NCBI GenBank assembly: GCA_009783465.1
Contig: WRDM01000007.1
Coordinates: forward strand, 8,447 to 72,446
Reading direction: 5' to 3'
DNA: 64,000 nt
Source: Phycisphaerae bacterium
GTDB taxonomy: Bacteria > Planctomycetota > Phycisphaerae > SM23-33
Positions within the stretch are counted from its first letter, which is position 1. Every line of letters starts with the position of its first letter. The translations under genes were made by a program, and so were the position numbers. The notes under the pieces were generated by a model. It worked only from the letters and a program-made list of their open reading frames with translations. It was not told the DNA's origin and searched no databases. Positions 17,131 to 25,935 of this stretch are shown one piece after another.

Positions 17131-17178
17131 CGAGTGACGAGGAGCGGCACATTTCGCCCCTCGTCACTCGTTGTTTTC
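17131..17178 (+). terminator. probable intrinsic terminator after xylA (D-family arm sequence)
   Basis: The stem is CGAGTGACGAGG / CCTCGTCACTCG (12 bp), followed by TTGTTTTC. Confidence 0.5.
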
Positions 17179-17213
17179 TACTGCGTCATTGATGGTCGAA
17201 AAAATGTGTGCAA

Positions 17214-17337
17214 CGGCTCGCCTCTTTGCGTTGTAGAATGCTCCTTTCGGAAAAACATACGATACTCCGACTTCGCGAAGTCGGACGGACTTCGATGAGG
17301 CGACAGGAGCATCTTGCAGCGCAAAGAGGCAAGCCAT
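17214..17337. repeat. H-family hairpin
   Basis: GGCTCGCCTCTTTGCGTTGTAGAATGCTCC ... GGAGCATCTTGCAGCGCAAAGAGGCAAGCC. An inner CGACTTCGCGAAGTCG palindrome is present. Confidence 0.85.
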
Positions 17338-17366
17338 ATTCATGTCTATTCACGGATGAGAGTATC

Positions 17367-19916
17367 ATGAAACATTGTTTATTGCGTTTGTTGTTACCGC
17401 TGTTGATCGTCGCCTCCGGGCCCGCGTTGGCCGGGGGTGGCGGGGAGAATGTGCTGCTGGTGGTCAACGCCGACAGTTTTTCCTCCATGACGCTGGCCAA
17501 TGAGTACATGCGGCTTCGCCAGGTGCCCGTGGGCAACGTGGTGTATCTCCATCTCGGCGACCTGCGCGACCAGTCCGCCGTCGATGTCAACACGTTTCGC
17601 GAACGTATTCTCCGCCCGGCGCTGGCGGCCATCGCCGACCGAAAACTCACGCCACAGATCGACTACATCGTGTACTCCAGCGACGTGCACTACGCCGTCA
17701 ACACCAAATCGGACGTGACGCCCGCCTTGCAAACCTGGCTGGACGAACAGCGGAAACAACACAACGGGGACATCTTCGCGACGACGGCCGCCACGACGGG
17801 CCTGACTTTCCTCCATCACAGCGTGTTGGCAAAGAACGCCGACCCCCGGCAGTCCGGCTATCTCGGCCTGACGGTCAACCGCTACGCCCGAAGCGTGTCG
17901 AAAGTCAACGTCAACGCCGTCGCCCTCCAGCGGCACCTCGATACCGTCCGCCAGCAGCTCAAGGACAAACAGCACGGCAAAGCCCAGGAGGCCATGGCGG
18001 AACTGCTGCGCGCCCTGCCGAACAACCCGGAAATCCTGTATACCCACGCCTGCCTGCTGGCCGGCCAGGGAAAAACCGACGACGCGATCGCCGCCCTTCA
18101 GCAAGCCGTCGACCGCGGGTTCAACCAGGCCGACCGGGCAAATGACGACGCCCTGCTGGCCTCGCTGCGGGGACGTAAGGAATTTACGCAACTCCTCATC
18201 AAAATGCCCGCCGCCAAAGCCCCCGCCGGCGACGAGTCGCTGCATCCCCAGCCGGCGCTGGCGTTCCGGTCGGCCCTGCGATGGAACGACAAAGGCCAAC
18301 CCGCCCCCACGGGCGAAAGCTACATGCTCTCGACGATGCTGGGCTGGACCAGCGGCCGCGGCACGAGCATCCGACAAACGCTCGATGGCCTGCGCCGCTC
18401 CGCCGCCTCCGACGGCACGAATCCCAAAGGCACCTTTTATTTCATGGTCAACGACAACGTCCGCAGCACGACGCGGCAGTGGGCATTCGCCTCCGCCGCC
18501 GCCCGGCTGAGGGAACTGGGACACTCCGCCGAACTCGCCAACGGCGTGCTGCCGAAAAACCGCAAGGACATCGTGGGACTGATGGCTGGTTCGGAAAAAT
18601 TCGACGTCGCCGCCAGCGGCAGCCGCATTCTGCCTGGCGCGATCTGCGAACACCTGACCAGCTTCGGCGGCATGCTGTTCGACGGCGCGGGCCAAACGCC
18701 CTGCACGGAATTTCTTCGGCACGGCGCCGCGGGCACGTCCGGCACCGTAACCGAACCGTACGCCCTGCAGGCCAAATTCCCCTCGCCGTTTGTTCACGTC
18801 CACTACGCCCGCGGGTGCAGCCTGGCGGAAGCGTTCTACCAGTCCGTCACCGGGCCGTACCAGCTCATCATGCTCGGCGACCCGCTCTGCCAGCCGTGGG
18901 CGTCGATTCCGAAAGTGAATTTCGTGGGCGTGTCCGACGGGGAAACGGTCAAGGGCATCCTCGCCATCGCCCCCGGGGCGGGAAACGCGACGGACAAAAT
19001 CGCCCAGTGGCTGTTGTTCGTCAACGGCAGGCAGGCGACGACGTGCGCTCCGGGCGGCAAGTTACGGCTGGACACGACCACACTCCCTGACGGCCCGCTC
19101 GAACTGCGAATCGTATGTGTGCGCGAGGGGCCGATCATGACGCAAGGCCGGGCGATTATCACCGTGAACGTCGCCAACGGCGCCGCCGTCGACGTCGACG
19201 CCAAACTCGCCGCCAGCCGCATCGCATTCGGCCAATCGACAACATTGGCCGCGTCCGCCAAGGGCGCGTCGAAAATTATTGTCACGTGTAACGGCAGAGA
19301 GATCGGCGCGATCGACGGCGAAGCCGGCGAAATCACGATCGACAGCACGCGGCTGGGCATGGGCAAACTCCGCATCGCGTGCGAAGCCGTTCTGAGCGGC
19401 AAGCCCTCGCGTCGCATGACGTTGCCGCCGGTAGAATTGCAGGTGGACGAGCCCGCCGTCGCGGGCGGCGTGAGCGACGCCGTCGCCAAACGGCTGAGCA
19501 TCACGACAACTCCCAACAACCCCTCGCCGCTGCCGCAGGGCTTCGCCATCACGCTGGGCGAGGAAACCATGCCCACCGCGCCGAATATGAGACATCCCGA
19601 ATGGCTCGCCGCCAGCGGGGCGACCACGGACAAGCCGTTCACGCTGCACGGCTACGTCAAGGTCGGCGAGAGCGACCTGCATCAATTGCAGATTTTCTTC
19701 GACGGCGAGTTAACCGTCGAGGTCAACGGGCAAACCGTCGCCGCCCAACATAGCGCGAGGGGCTGGAGACATTTTCCGATGACCCTGAAAGCGGGCTGGC
19801 ACGAACTGAACATCACCGCCACCGCCACGGTCAGTATGCCCGCGATGGACCTCTACTTCGGCGCCCGCGGCACGCCACGACTGACGACGGAGCGAATATT
19901 CCGGCTGCCGGGATGA
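17367..19916 (+). CDS. large secreted protein, TIGR03790-like N-terminal region with a TPR insert and a PA14-like C-terminus
   Basis: The signal peptide is MKHCLLRLLLPLLIVASGPALA. NVLLVVNADSFSSMTLANEYMRLRQVPVGNVVYL matches the opening I recall for the TIGR03790 family. The start is moved to ATG 17367; the upstream part of the ORF is a hairpin repeat. Confidence 0.7.
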   Translation: MKHCLLRLLLPLLIVASGPALAGGGGENVLLVVNADSFSSMTLANEYMRLRQVPVGNVVYLHLGDLRDQSAVDVNTFRERILRPALAAIADRKLTPQIDYIVYSSDVHYAVNTKSDVTPALQTWLDEQRKQHNGDIFATTAATTGLTFLHHSVLAKNADPRQSGYLGLTVNRYARSVSKVNVNAVALQRHLDTVRQQLKDKQHGKAQEAMAELLRALPNNPEILYTHACLLAGQGKTDDAIAALQQAVDRGFNQADRANDDALLASLRGRKEFTQLLIKMPAAKAPAGDESLHPQPALAFRSALRWNDKGQPAPTGESYMLSTMLGWTSGRGTSIRQTLDGLRRSAASDGTNPKGTFYFMVNDNVRSTTRQWAFASAAARLRELGHSAELANGVLPKNRKDIVGLMAGSEKFDVAASGSRILPGAICEHLTSFGGMLFDGAGQTPCTEFLRHGAAGTSGTVTEPYALQAKFPSPFVHVHYARGCSLAEAFYQSVTGPYQLIMLGDPLCQPWASIPKVNFVGVSDGETVKGILAIAPGAGNATDKIAQWLLFVNGRQATTCAPGGKLRLDTTTLPDGPLELRIVCVREGPIMTQGRAIITVNVANGAAVDVDAKLAASRIAFGQSTTLAASAKGASKIIVTCNGREIGAIDGEAGEITIDSTRLGMGKLRIACEAVLSGKPSRRMTLPPVELQVDEPAVAGGVSDAVAKRLSITTTPNNPSPLPQGFAITLGEETMPTAPNMRHPEWLAASGATTDKPFTLHGYVKVGESDLHQLQIFFDGELTVEVNGQTVAAQHSARGWRHFPMTLKAGWHELNITATATVSMPAMDLYFGARGTPRLTTERIFRLPG

Positions 19917-19920
19917 GGTG

Positions 19921-20050
19921 TTTTTTACCACAGAGACACAGAGAAGCACAGAGAAGGACGCTTGGGATTCTTCGAAATCGTAAGTATTCGAAGCATTTCA
20001 CGAATCCCTAGCGTCCTTCTCTGTGCTTCTCTGTGTCTCTGTGGTAAAAA
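19921..20050. repeat. C-family hairpin (CACAGAGA arms)
   Basis: TTTTTTACCACAGAGACACAGAGAAGCACAGAGAAGGACGCTTGGGATT ... AATCCCTAGCGTCCTTCTCTGTGCTTCTCTGTGTCTCTGTGGTAAAAAA. Confidence 0.9.
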
Positions 20051-20071
20051 ATCCTCGTCTTGGATTTCGCG

Positions 20072-20746
20072 TCACGCCGCCCGGGCGAGGCGATTACGTA
20101 ACGTCCGGCTGATCGCCACGCCAGCCAGGCCGAGCGTCAGCATCGTCATCGGCTCGGGGATGGCCGGCGGCGGGAGTTCGCCGTTGGCCCGGAGAATGAA
20201 GCCGCAGACGCCCATGTCGTCGGGCGGCAACGTCGGATCTACGCTGAACTCCGTGAAGCCGGAATTCCAGATCGTATTCTGCTGGCCGCCGCGGGCGAAG
20301 AAGTCGCCCCAGACCGGATTGCTCTTCGTGTCGAAACTGACGGTCAGCGTCAGGTCCTCGCCGATGGCCTGGAAATCCGCCCCGTACAAATCCTGGGGCA
20401 TCTCCTTGTTGTCGCCCTTGTTTTCGAACCACTCCACCTTGTGCAGATCCCCGTTGACGTTCACGAGGCTGCCCGCCGACAGGCCGCAGGTCAGGCCGAT
20501 AATCAGGTGCTGAATGTTGCCGCTCTCGACGTCCGGCGGAACGGTGAGCACATACTCGTAGTGCCAGAACCCCGGCGTCGTCACGTCGTCCACCGTGTAG
20601 ATGAACGTCGTCGGCCCCGCCGCCCAGTCGCCCGTCCCCGTCAACGTTCCGCCCGCCACGGAGAGTGTCCCCGTATACGTCACCGCCGACGCGTTCGACA
20701 CCACCAGCACCGCCAACACCACCGCCGCGATTCCCACTCGATTCAT
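20072..20746 (-). CDS. PEP-CTERM sorting-domain protein
   Basis: It has a signal peptide. The C-terminus, IPEPMTMLTLGLAGVAISRTLRNRLARAA, gives PEP, a TM segment and a basic cluster. It is a paralogue of 21420..22079. Confidence 0.8.
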   Translation of the reverse strand: MNRVGIAAVVLAVLVVSNASAVTYTGTLSVAGGTLTGTGDWAAGPTTFIYTVDDVTTPGFWHYEYVLTVPPDVESGNIQHLIIGLTCGLSAGSLVNVNGDLHKVEWFENKGDNKEMPQDLYGADFQAIGEDLTLTVSFDTKSNPVWGDFFARGGQQNTIWNSGFTEFSVDPTLPPDDMGVCGFILRANGELPPPAIPEPMTMLTLGLAGVAISRTLRNRLARAA

Positions 20747-20959
20747 GCGTGTTCCTTCCCCGTTGGGTTGTTTTCACCTCATCTCCGCGATGAGATTCCA
20801 GCAGGATCATAGGAGGGCAATTCACCAGAACACGCCGAAAATCCCAGAATCGAGACAGGAAAAACACTCAATTTTTCGGTGAGGGGAACCACTCAAAATC
20901 CAAAACAAATCAAGACGGTAGCGTTATCGGCACGTGATTTCTGTGTCAAAAAGGAGTCC

Positions 20960-21335
20960 AGCGCCCTCCCCGACCTCGGGCGGAAAAGCCGGCACACAGC
21001 CCCGAAGGGGCGTCTAGTGTAGCCCAGGGTGAGCCCGTACTCGGGCGAATCCTGGGGGCCGGTGTTCCATGAATTCTTTCCTCGTGCCTGACGCCACTGG
21101 CCGAGGTCGCGCACACGGGCCTGCATGGCTTCGAACGACGCGAACAGGGAAATGTGCGCGTTATTCGAAGCCATCTTCGCGCGACGAGGCGACCTCGGCC
21201 AGTGGCGTCAGGCACAAGGAAAGAAGAAAAGAGCGCCTTTGGAACCCAGGGCTCGCGAGTACGCTCGCCCTGGGCTACACTAGACGCCCCTTCGAGGCTG
21301 TATGCCGGCGTCCCGACACGCGACCGGGAAGGCCG
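20960..21335. repeat. mosaic nested palindrome, copy 2
   Basis: It has the same U-V-U' architecture and the same conserved 26-nt V inverted repeat (21076-21101 and 21190-21215, approximately). It lies between the two PEP-CTERM paralogues. Confidence 0.9.
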
Positions 21336-21419
21336 CTTGATTTGTCTTCCACGCCGAAATCACACACCAACAACGTTACTGTCTCAACTTGTTTCGCGTT
21401 TCGTGTTTCGGATTTCGCG

Positions 21420-22079
21420 TCAGGCCCCTCGCAGGCGACGTTGCAACGCGCGGGCGACCGCCAGGCCCGCCAGACCGAGTGTCACCATCGTCATCGGCTC
21501 GGGAATGATGCCAGGCCGAAGAATAAAGCCCGCCTGAAACACGCTGGGCAGGACCGGCGGGTCCGTGCTGGTGGCGGTGAAATCGATGTTCCAGCACGAA
21601 TTCTGTCCGCCGCCTCGGACGAAGACGTCACCCCAGACCGGCTCGAATAGTGAGTCAAACGTGATCGTCAGCGTGCGGGTATCGGCACCGACGATGAACT
21701 CCACCGCGTACATCGGCTGCGGCATGAATTTTTTGTCGCCCTGATTCTGAAACAGCTCAACCGAGTGCAGATTGCCGTTGGTGAGACTGACGTTCCTCAG
21801 GTCGTGGACGGTCATCGCCGGGTCCAGGCCGATGAGCACCTCATGAATCGCGCCGCCAGGCGTGTTCGGCACCGCGATCGTGTACACGTAGTGCCAAAGC
21901 CCCGCCACCACCGGATCGTCCGCCACCGTGTACGTAATCGACGTCGGCCCGCCCAGCCAGTCGTCGGTGCCCGTCAGCCCGCCGTTGGCGATGGATATGG
22001 TCCCCGTATACACAATCGCCGACGCGGGCCCCGCCGACATCGCCGCCAAGGCCGCGGCCAAAATCCCCAATCGAACCAT
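21420..22079 (-). CDS. PEP-CTERM sorting-domain protein (paralogue)
   Basis: The start is set at ATG 22079 (MVRLGILAAALAAMSAGPASA). The C-terminus is IIPEPMTMVTLGLAGLAVARALQRRLRGA. The remainder of the 368-aa ORF upstream has no coding character. Confidence 0.8.
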   Translation of the reverse strand: MVRLGILAAALAAMSAGPASAIVYTGTISIANGGLTGTDDWLGGPTSITYTVADDPVVAGLWHYVYTIAVPNTPGGAIHEVLIGLDPAMTVHDLRNVSLTNGNLHSVELFQNQGDKKFMPQPMYAVEFIVGADTRTLTITFDSLFEPVWGDVFVRGGGQNSCWNIDFTATSTDPPVLPSVFQAGFILRPGIIPEPMTMVTLGLAGLAVARALQRRLRGA

Positions 22080-22253
22080 GACAAACTCCTTCCCCTTAAA
22101 TGGTTTTTCCCCGTCGTCCCCACACTGGCATTCCCGCAGGATTGTAGGGGGACGGCACGGCGGGATCCGCCGAAAAATTCCATGTACAGGCCTGGAAAAA
22201 CACTCATTTTTGTGGGGAGAAACTCTTGGCACACGCGGTGCGTTCTTCGCATA

Positions 22254-23027
22254 ATGTGCCCCATGCCGGAAACGGATTACCCTGACGACAGGCCGCCGCG
22301 GAACAGGAACGACTATCTTCAGCAGACCCATTGGCCGCTGAACGGACTGGTGTTTCTGTTGCCGCTGCTGGTGTTTTATCATGTCGGGTTGTTGTGGTGC
22401 GGGCAGCAGGCGATGTACACGCTGCTGGCGGAGACGCATCTGAGTTGGCTGCTGCAATTTTTCATCGGAACGACCACCCCGTATCTTCCGGCGGCGGCCG
22501 TGGTGGCGGTGCTGCTGGTGCAACATGCCGCCCGTAAGGACCCGTGGCGGTTTCGCCCCGGCGTGCTGATAGGGATGGTGGGCGAGTCGGCCGTGTGGAT
22601 GATGCCTCTGCTGGCGCTGGCGTTGCTGGTGAACAAGATGGACCTGGCCGCCCTGGCGGCGCCGGATGTGTCGGTCGTCGGCACGTCGATGCAGCGCGTG
22701 CTGCTGGCGGTGGGAGCGGGCATCTACGAGGAGTTCATTTTCCGCCTGCTGTTCATCGGCTTGGCGGTGCTGCTGCTGGTGAACATTTTCAATCTCCGCA
22801 AGGAGCCTGTCGCGTTAGCGGCGGTGGTGGTGTCGGGCGTGTGCTTCAGCTTGTACCACTGCTCCGCCGGCCAATTGTCCAACGAGTTGCCGTTCCCGTG
22901 GTTTGAGTTCGTCTTCCGCGCGGGGGCGGGCGTGTATCTGGGGCTGGTGTACCTGTACCGCGGTTTCGCCATCGCCGTCGGCGCCCACGCGGCGTGGGAC
23001 ATCTACGTGTTCCTGTTCGCCGCGTAA
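22254..23027 (+). CDS. CPBP-family (CAAX/Abi) intramembrane glutamic protease
   Basis: It is polytopic and has all three CPBP motifs: IYEEFIFR (EExxxR), FSLYH (FxxxH) and HAAWD (HxxxN/D). The start is ATG 22254 or 22263. Confidence 0.8.
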   Translation: MCPMPETDYPDDRPPRNRNDYLQQTHWPLNGLVFLLPLLVFYHVGLLWCGQQAMYTLLAETHLSWLLQFFIGTTTPYLPAAAVVAVLLVQHAARKDPWRFRPGVLIGMVGESAVWMMPLLALALLVNKMDLAALAAPDVSVVGTSMQRVLLAVGAGIYEEFIFRLLFIGLAVLLLVNIFNLRKEPVALAAVVVSGVCFSLYHCSAGQLSNELPFPWFEFVFRAGAGVYLGLVYLYRGFAIAVGAHAAWDIYVFLFAA

Positions 23028-23179
23028 CGCGAGGCCACTCCGAAACCATCGCATCAGAAAATCCGGACACACCCATTGTGTTTCGCGTTTCGGATTTTGT
23101 GTTGCGTGGCGGGCATGGAACCGCAGTACAATGAAGAGGTGCTGTTCCCTTCGTCGCATTCAGTAAAAAGGCGTGTGTC

Positions 23180-23872
23180 ATGCGTCGGCGAGGATTTACG
23201 CTCATCGAACTCCTTGTGGTCATCGCGATCATCGCGCTGCTGGTGAGCATCCTCATGCCTTCCCTCAACAAAGCCAAACGGCAGGCGGTACTCGTACAGT
23301 GCGCGATGAACCTGCGCTACACGCACCAGGCGATGCATATGTACGGCAACGATTTCACCTTCTACCCGCTGGCCGACGAAGGCGGCGCGTATCCCGAGGA
23401 TCTGCCGCCGGAATACGAAGGCCGTGCGTTCGGCTGGTTCGGGCCACCGGGCCTGCTGGCCACCATGAAATACCTCGACGCGAAAATCGCCCATTGCCCC
23501 GGCCTGCGAGGCCCGACCGACTTCGGCTGGCCCAAGGGCGTCTTCAGCGCCCGCACGACCTACAAAGCCTACGAATACTGCCAGATCGGCCGGAGCGGCA
23601 TCGTGGGCGGCCGCCTGGGCTGGAGCGTCAACCTGCAAACCATCGACAACTGGGATTGGGGCGCCATGCTCTTTCAATGCGCCAGCAAAGACTATCCTCA
23701 CGATCCGCGAAGTTGGACCCATCAGAATATCACCAACCAGTTTCGCAACGACGGCGTCAACCGCCGCCGGACCGTCCCGTTTGTCGGCATCGTCCAGTAC
23801 ACCCCCAGCAACGTCCGGGCCATTTTTCCCGATGATTACGTGATGAAAGACGCCTGGTGGCTGGGACGGTAA
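23180..23872 (+). CDS. prepilin-type N-terminal cleavage/methylation domain protein with an H-X9-DG motif
   Basis: [29 protein letters not shown] is a class III signal. The C-terminal THQNITNQFRNDG gives H, nine residues, then DG. Confidence 0.85.
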   Translation: MRRRGFTLIELLVVIAIIALLVSILMPSLNKAKRQAVLVQCAMNLRYTHQAMHMYGNDFTFYPLADEGGAYPEDLPPEYEGRAFGWFGPPGLLATMKYLDAKIAHCPGLRGPTDFGWPKGVFSARTTYKAYEYCQIGRSGIVGGRLGWSVNLQTIDNWDWGAMLFQCASKDYPHDPRSWTHQNITNQFRNDGVNRRRTVPFVGIVQYTPSNVRAIFPDDYVMKDAWWLGR

Positions 23873-23932
23873 GACAACCGCGCGGGGTGCAACGATGTGG
23901 TGTCACGATTTCGCCAGAAAGGCATGTGTACA

Positions 23933-24691
23933 ATGCGTCGGCAAGGGTTTACGCTGATCGAGCTGCTGGTGGTCATCGCGATCATCGCGCTGCTGGTGAG
24001 TATTTTGATGCCTTCCCTCAACAAGGCCAAACGGCAGGCCGTGCTCGTGCAGTGCGCGCTGAATTTGCGAGCCTCGCATCAGGCCATGCACATGTATGGC
24101 GCCGATTTCACCCACTATCCCTAGATGCCGAATTACCGACCTGACCTGATGGGCAATCCCGATTACGACACATGGTACGATCGCGAGGCCCCGCTGGATC
24201 CCCCTGCCCTGCCGACGGACTATCTCTGGCGAGGCGGACACGCGCCGGAACAGATTTTCCGCATGAAATATCTCTCGGATCCGCGAGTGGCCTTCTGCCC
24301 CGGCCTGGGCGGGCTGACCGATTACGGCTGGCCCAAGGGCAACTTCGGCCGAAACGACCAGTTTCAGGCCTACGAATACTGCCAGCCTCGCAAAGTCGAT
24401 ATTCGCGGGGATGACAAACCGTGGAACGTCGACTTGCGATACAGCACGAACTTCTACGGCGGAATCCTCTTCCACTGTATCGCCCAGAGCGGCCTGAGGC
24501 CCGACAATGTGCCCTTCGGCGGCGACCCGCGCCACTGGACCCATCAGAATGTCGACGGCCAAATCCGCAACGACGGCAGCTATCGCCGCCGAACCGTGCC
24601 GATTCAATCGCTCATCGGCAGTGGATGGTACGCCCGTGTAAATGCGGACGATGACTTCAACGTCCGGGACGCCTGGTGGATGGAACGGTAG
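23933..24691 (+). pseudogene. prepilin-type H-X9-DG protein interrupted by an in-frame TAG
   Basis: ORFs 23897..24124 and 24125..24691 are in the same frame and are separated only by TAG at 24122-24124. The N-terminal part is [21 protein letters not shown].... The C-terminal part carries THQNVDGQIRNDG. Both are collinear with the intact paralogue 23180..23872. Confidence 0.7.
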
Positions 24692-24807
24692 ATCGTGGAC
24701 AAAACCGCCATCGTCATGTAGAATGCATACATAGGTTTCTGATGCGCGAATACATAACGCGTAACGGAGTTGTTCTATCCATTGTCGAGGAGCAGAAGGA
24801 GAGACCC

Positions 24808-25641
24808 ATGAATCGAACGATTATCGTGGCCTTGTTACTGGCGGTTGGGTTCACATCGGCGACGGCGGCTGATCCGTACTATGTGCCCATTGGCAGTTGG
24901 AGCACCTGGTCTGCCAATTCCGATTCGTCTGAGGGGTGTATGATCATTACCTACAGCGCGGTGAGCCAGGCGCCCGATACCATTCCGGGCAACAATTACG
25001 GTTCCTTTTCCTTCGGCCACCCGCCCACTGGCGGCGATTACGGCAACATTTACGCCCCGTTGACGACCACCGCCGGCTGGACCGCCGGGAACACGTATGT
25101 CATCAGTTTCGACATCAAGATTCTCGACGCGTCCGGTTACGGCCTGTGCTCGCAGATGTTCACCAGGCCGGGGGTTGGCATGGACGGATTTGTGAATCCG
25201 CCCAGCCTGGACATCGGCCTGATCAATGACGGGCAGTGGCATCATGTGGAAATCACGATCGTAACCCCCACCGGCTACACGTGGACGGGCAGCGAGCCCA
25301 ACGGGGGCAACCCGGCCATCACCCAGCCGGGCGAGTCGTACGATTTCCAAACCTTCAACAACGTCGGATTGGCCATCTTCCGCAACGCGGGCCCCTACGG
25401 CAACAGCGGCCATAGCCTGTCCTGGCTGGCGGACAACATCAGCATCATGGACGTGACGGACGGCATCCAGTACGTCGTGAACGGCGACTTCAGCGTCGTC
25501 AACCCGGACGGCACGCCCACCGGGTATACGTTCTCCGGTTCTGGCGTGAGCATGCAGGTCCTCACCGGCGTGCCCGAACCGGCGACCATGAGTCTGCTGG
25601 CCCTGGGAGGCCTGGCGCTGCTTCGCCGACGACGCGCCTAG
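24808..25641 (+). CDS. PEP-CTERM sorting-domain protein
   Basis: AAGGAGAG precedes ATG 24808. The signal peptide is MNRTIIVALLLAVGFTSATA and the C-terminus is VPEPATMSLLALGGLALLRRRRA. Confidence 0.8.
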   Translation: MNRTIIVALLLAVGFTSATAADPYYVPIGSWSTWSANSDSSEGCMIITYSAVSQAPDTIPGNNYGSFSFGHPPTGGDYGNIYAPLTTTAGWTAGNTYVISFDIKILDASGYGLCSQMFTRPGVGMDGFVNPPSLDIGLINDGQWHHVEITIVTPTGYTWTGSEPNGGNPAITQPGESYDFQTFNNVGLAIFRNAGPYGNSGHSLSWLADNISIMDVTDGIQYVVNGDFSVVNPDGTPTGYTFSGSGVSMQVLTGVPEPATMSLLALGGLALLRRRRA

Positions 25642-25660
25642 AGAATACAACAAAACGTAC

Positions 25661-25755
25661 ATATGGCTTCGCCTGTTTGCGTCGTAGAACGTTGTGAACT
25701 ATAAAACGTCTGGCCGTTCACAACGTTCTACGACGCAAACAGGCGAAGCCATATC
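25661..25755. repeat. H-family hairpin (near-perfect)
   Basis: ATATGGCTTCGCCTGTTTGCGTCGTAGAACGTTGTGAAC...GTTCACAACGTTCTACGACGCAAACAGGCGAAGCCATAT. Confidence 0.9.
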
Positions 25756-25935
25756 TATATCAACCCAACCGCGGAATCTAGAGCGGTTCCAGCTTGCGTG
25801 GTGACTGTTGGCCGTCGCCGAGGACGAGCCAGGCAAGGAGGCCGAAGCAGTCGATGCATCGCATCGACGATGCAGGCCGACGCCGCATGGCGACGCCGCA
25901 GGCAGGCCAGCAGCCACCACGCAAGCTGGACCGCT

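Noticed and set aside
15737-17167. 476-aa minus-strand ORF. Similar cases are 5528..6796, 17394..18803, 25798..26982, 39688..40788 and 49047..50444.
   Set aside because: Each is antisense to a confidently identified gene (xylA, the MoxR gene, the TIGR03790-like gene, the Gfo/Idh/MocA gene, gap, lpxC/fabZ). All have the Gly/Val/Asp/His-rich composition of GC-rich shadow frames.
22227-22241. Sigma-54-like TGGCAC-N5-GTGC upstream of the CPBP gene
   Set aside because: The -12 element deviates from TTGC(A/T). The site lies only ~13 nt from the ATG, leaving no room for a transcription start and an RBS.
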